A stretch of DNA of 64,000 nucleotides from Felis catus (lineage: Eukaryota). Positions within the stretch are counted from its first letter, which is position 1. Every line of letters begins with the position of its first letter. Where the stretch lies: positions 3,224,001 to 3,288,000 of the forward strand of contig NC_058383.1 in the NCBI RefSeq assembly GCF_018350175.1. Direction: 5' to 3'. The position numbers and the translations under genes are program-made. This document shows, piece by piece, positions 63,665 to 64,000 of the stretch. The notes below the pieces were generated by a model. The model was not told where the DNA came from. It ran no database searches and worked only from the letters and a program-made list of their open reading frames with translations.

Positions 63665-64000
63665 TAGAAAAACGTCCTAATTAGATTTTGAATATGTACA
63701 CGTATACTTATTTTATATTAAACACAAGCCTTATAAATTTCTTAATTTGAGAATAGAGATTCTAACTCCCAGGAATAAAGTACTTGATATAGTAAATCTC
63801 CCTTTCATGGGCGACCCGTGGGAGCCAAATCCAGTGTCCAGTATGGTGGAGAAGTGTTCTGAATAATAGTAATTCACGATAGGCACACTGTTTCGTGGAG
63901 GAAGGCTGTATTAATTTTAAGGGGGAGGAATATACAGAATTAGCGAACATAAAGGTGAGAGAAGCACAGGGAAGAACAGAGAAGTGTTCGTACATCAGAT

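Larger units (their letters stand above)
34004..64000 (+). other. SDK1: SDK1 intron downstream of the exon (partial, extends beyond the window)
   Basis: Begins GTGAGT. The next exon (Ig2-Ig3 linker, ...APxIVVPP...) was not seen in the window. Confidence 0.75.

Noticed and set aside
1..64000. CRISPR array, prokaryotic operon, retrogene or intact endogenous virus
   Set aside because: No regularly spaced repeat-spacer structure, no long coding-like ORFs and no processed pseudogene were recognised. Short tandem duplications (for example near 8541, 32137 and 61311) look like ordinary slippage products.

Overview
This is mammalian genomic DNA from a feliform carnivore, very likely a cat-family species, judged from 14 tRNA-derived Can-SINE (SINEC) copies that include young SINEC_Fc-type elements. 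The window lies inside the very large cell-adhesion gene SDK1 (sidekick-1) on the + strand. I can support only one coding exon: 33870-34003 (134 nt, encoding the C-terminal half of Ig domain 2, equivalent to human exon 5 as I recall it). The rest is intron filled with ordinary repeats (SINEC, L1, L2, MIR, MLT1, an ERV solo LTR, Tigger2a, Charlie2, MER3, MER5, microsatellites). The supplied ORFs appear to be chance ORFs or repeat-derived; there is no prokaryotic system and no CRISPR array. The most interesting signals are (i) unusually high, AT-to-GC-biased amino-acid divergence of the SDK1 exon, including loss of the Ig DxG glycine and of an N-glycosylation sequon, (ii) a near-perfect REST/RE1 site at 47214, (iii) a well-formed antisense exon candidate next to a CpG-rich patch, and (iv) a close inverted SINEC pair. 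Repeat subfamily names and orthologue comparisons come from memory of consensus sequences and need confirming by alignment. Boundaries of old repeats are approximate.
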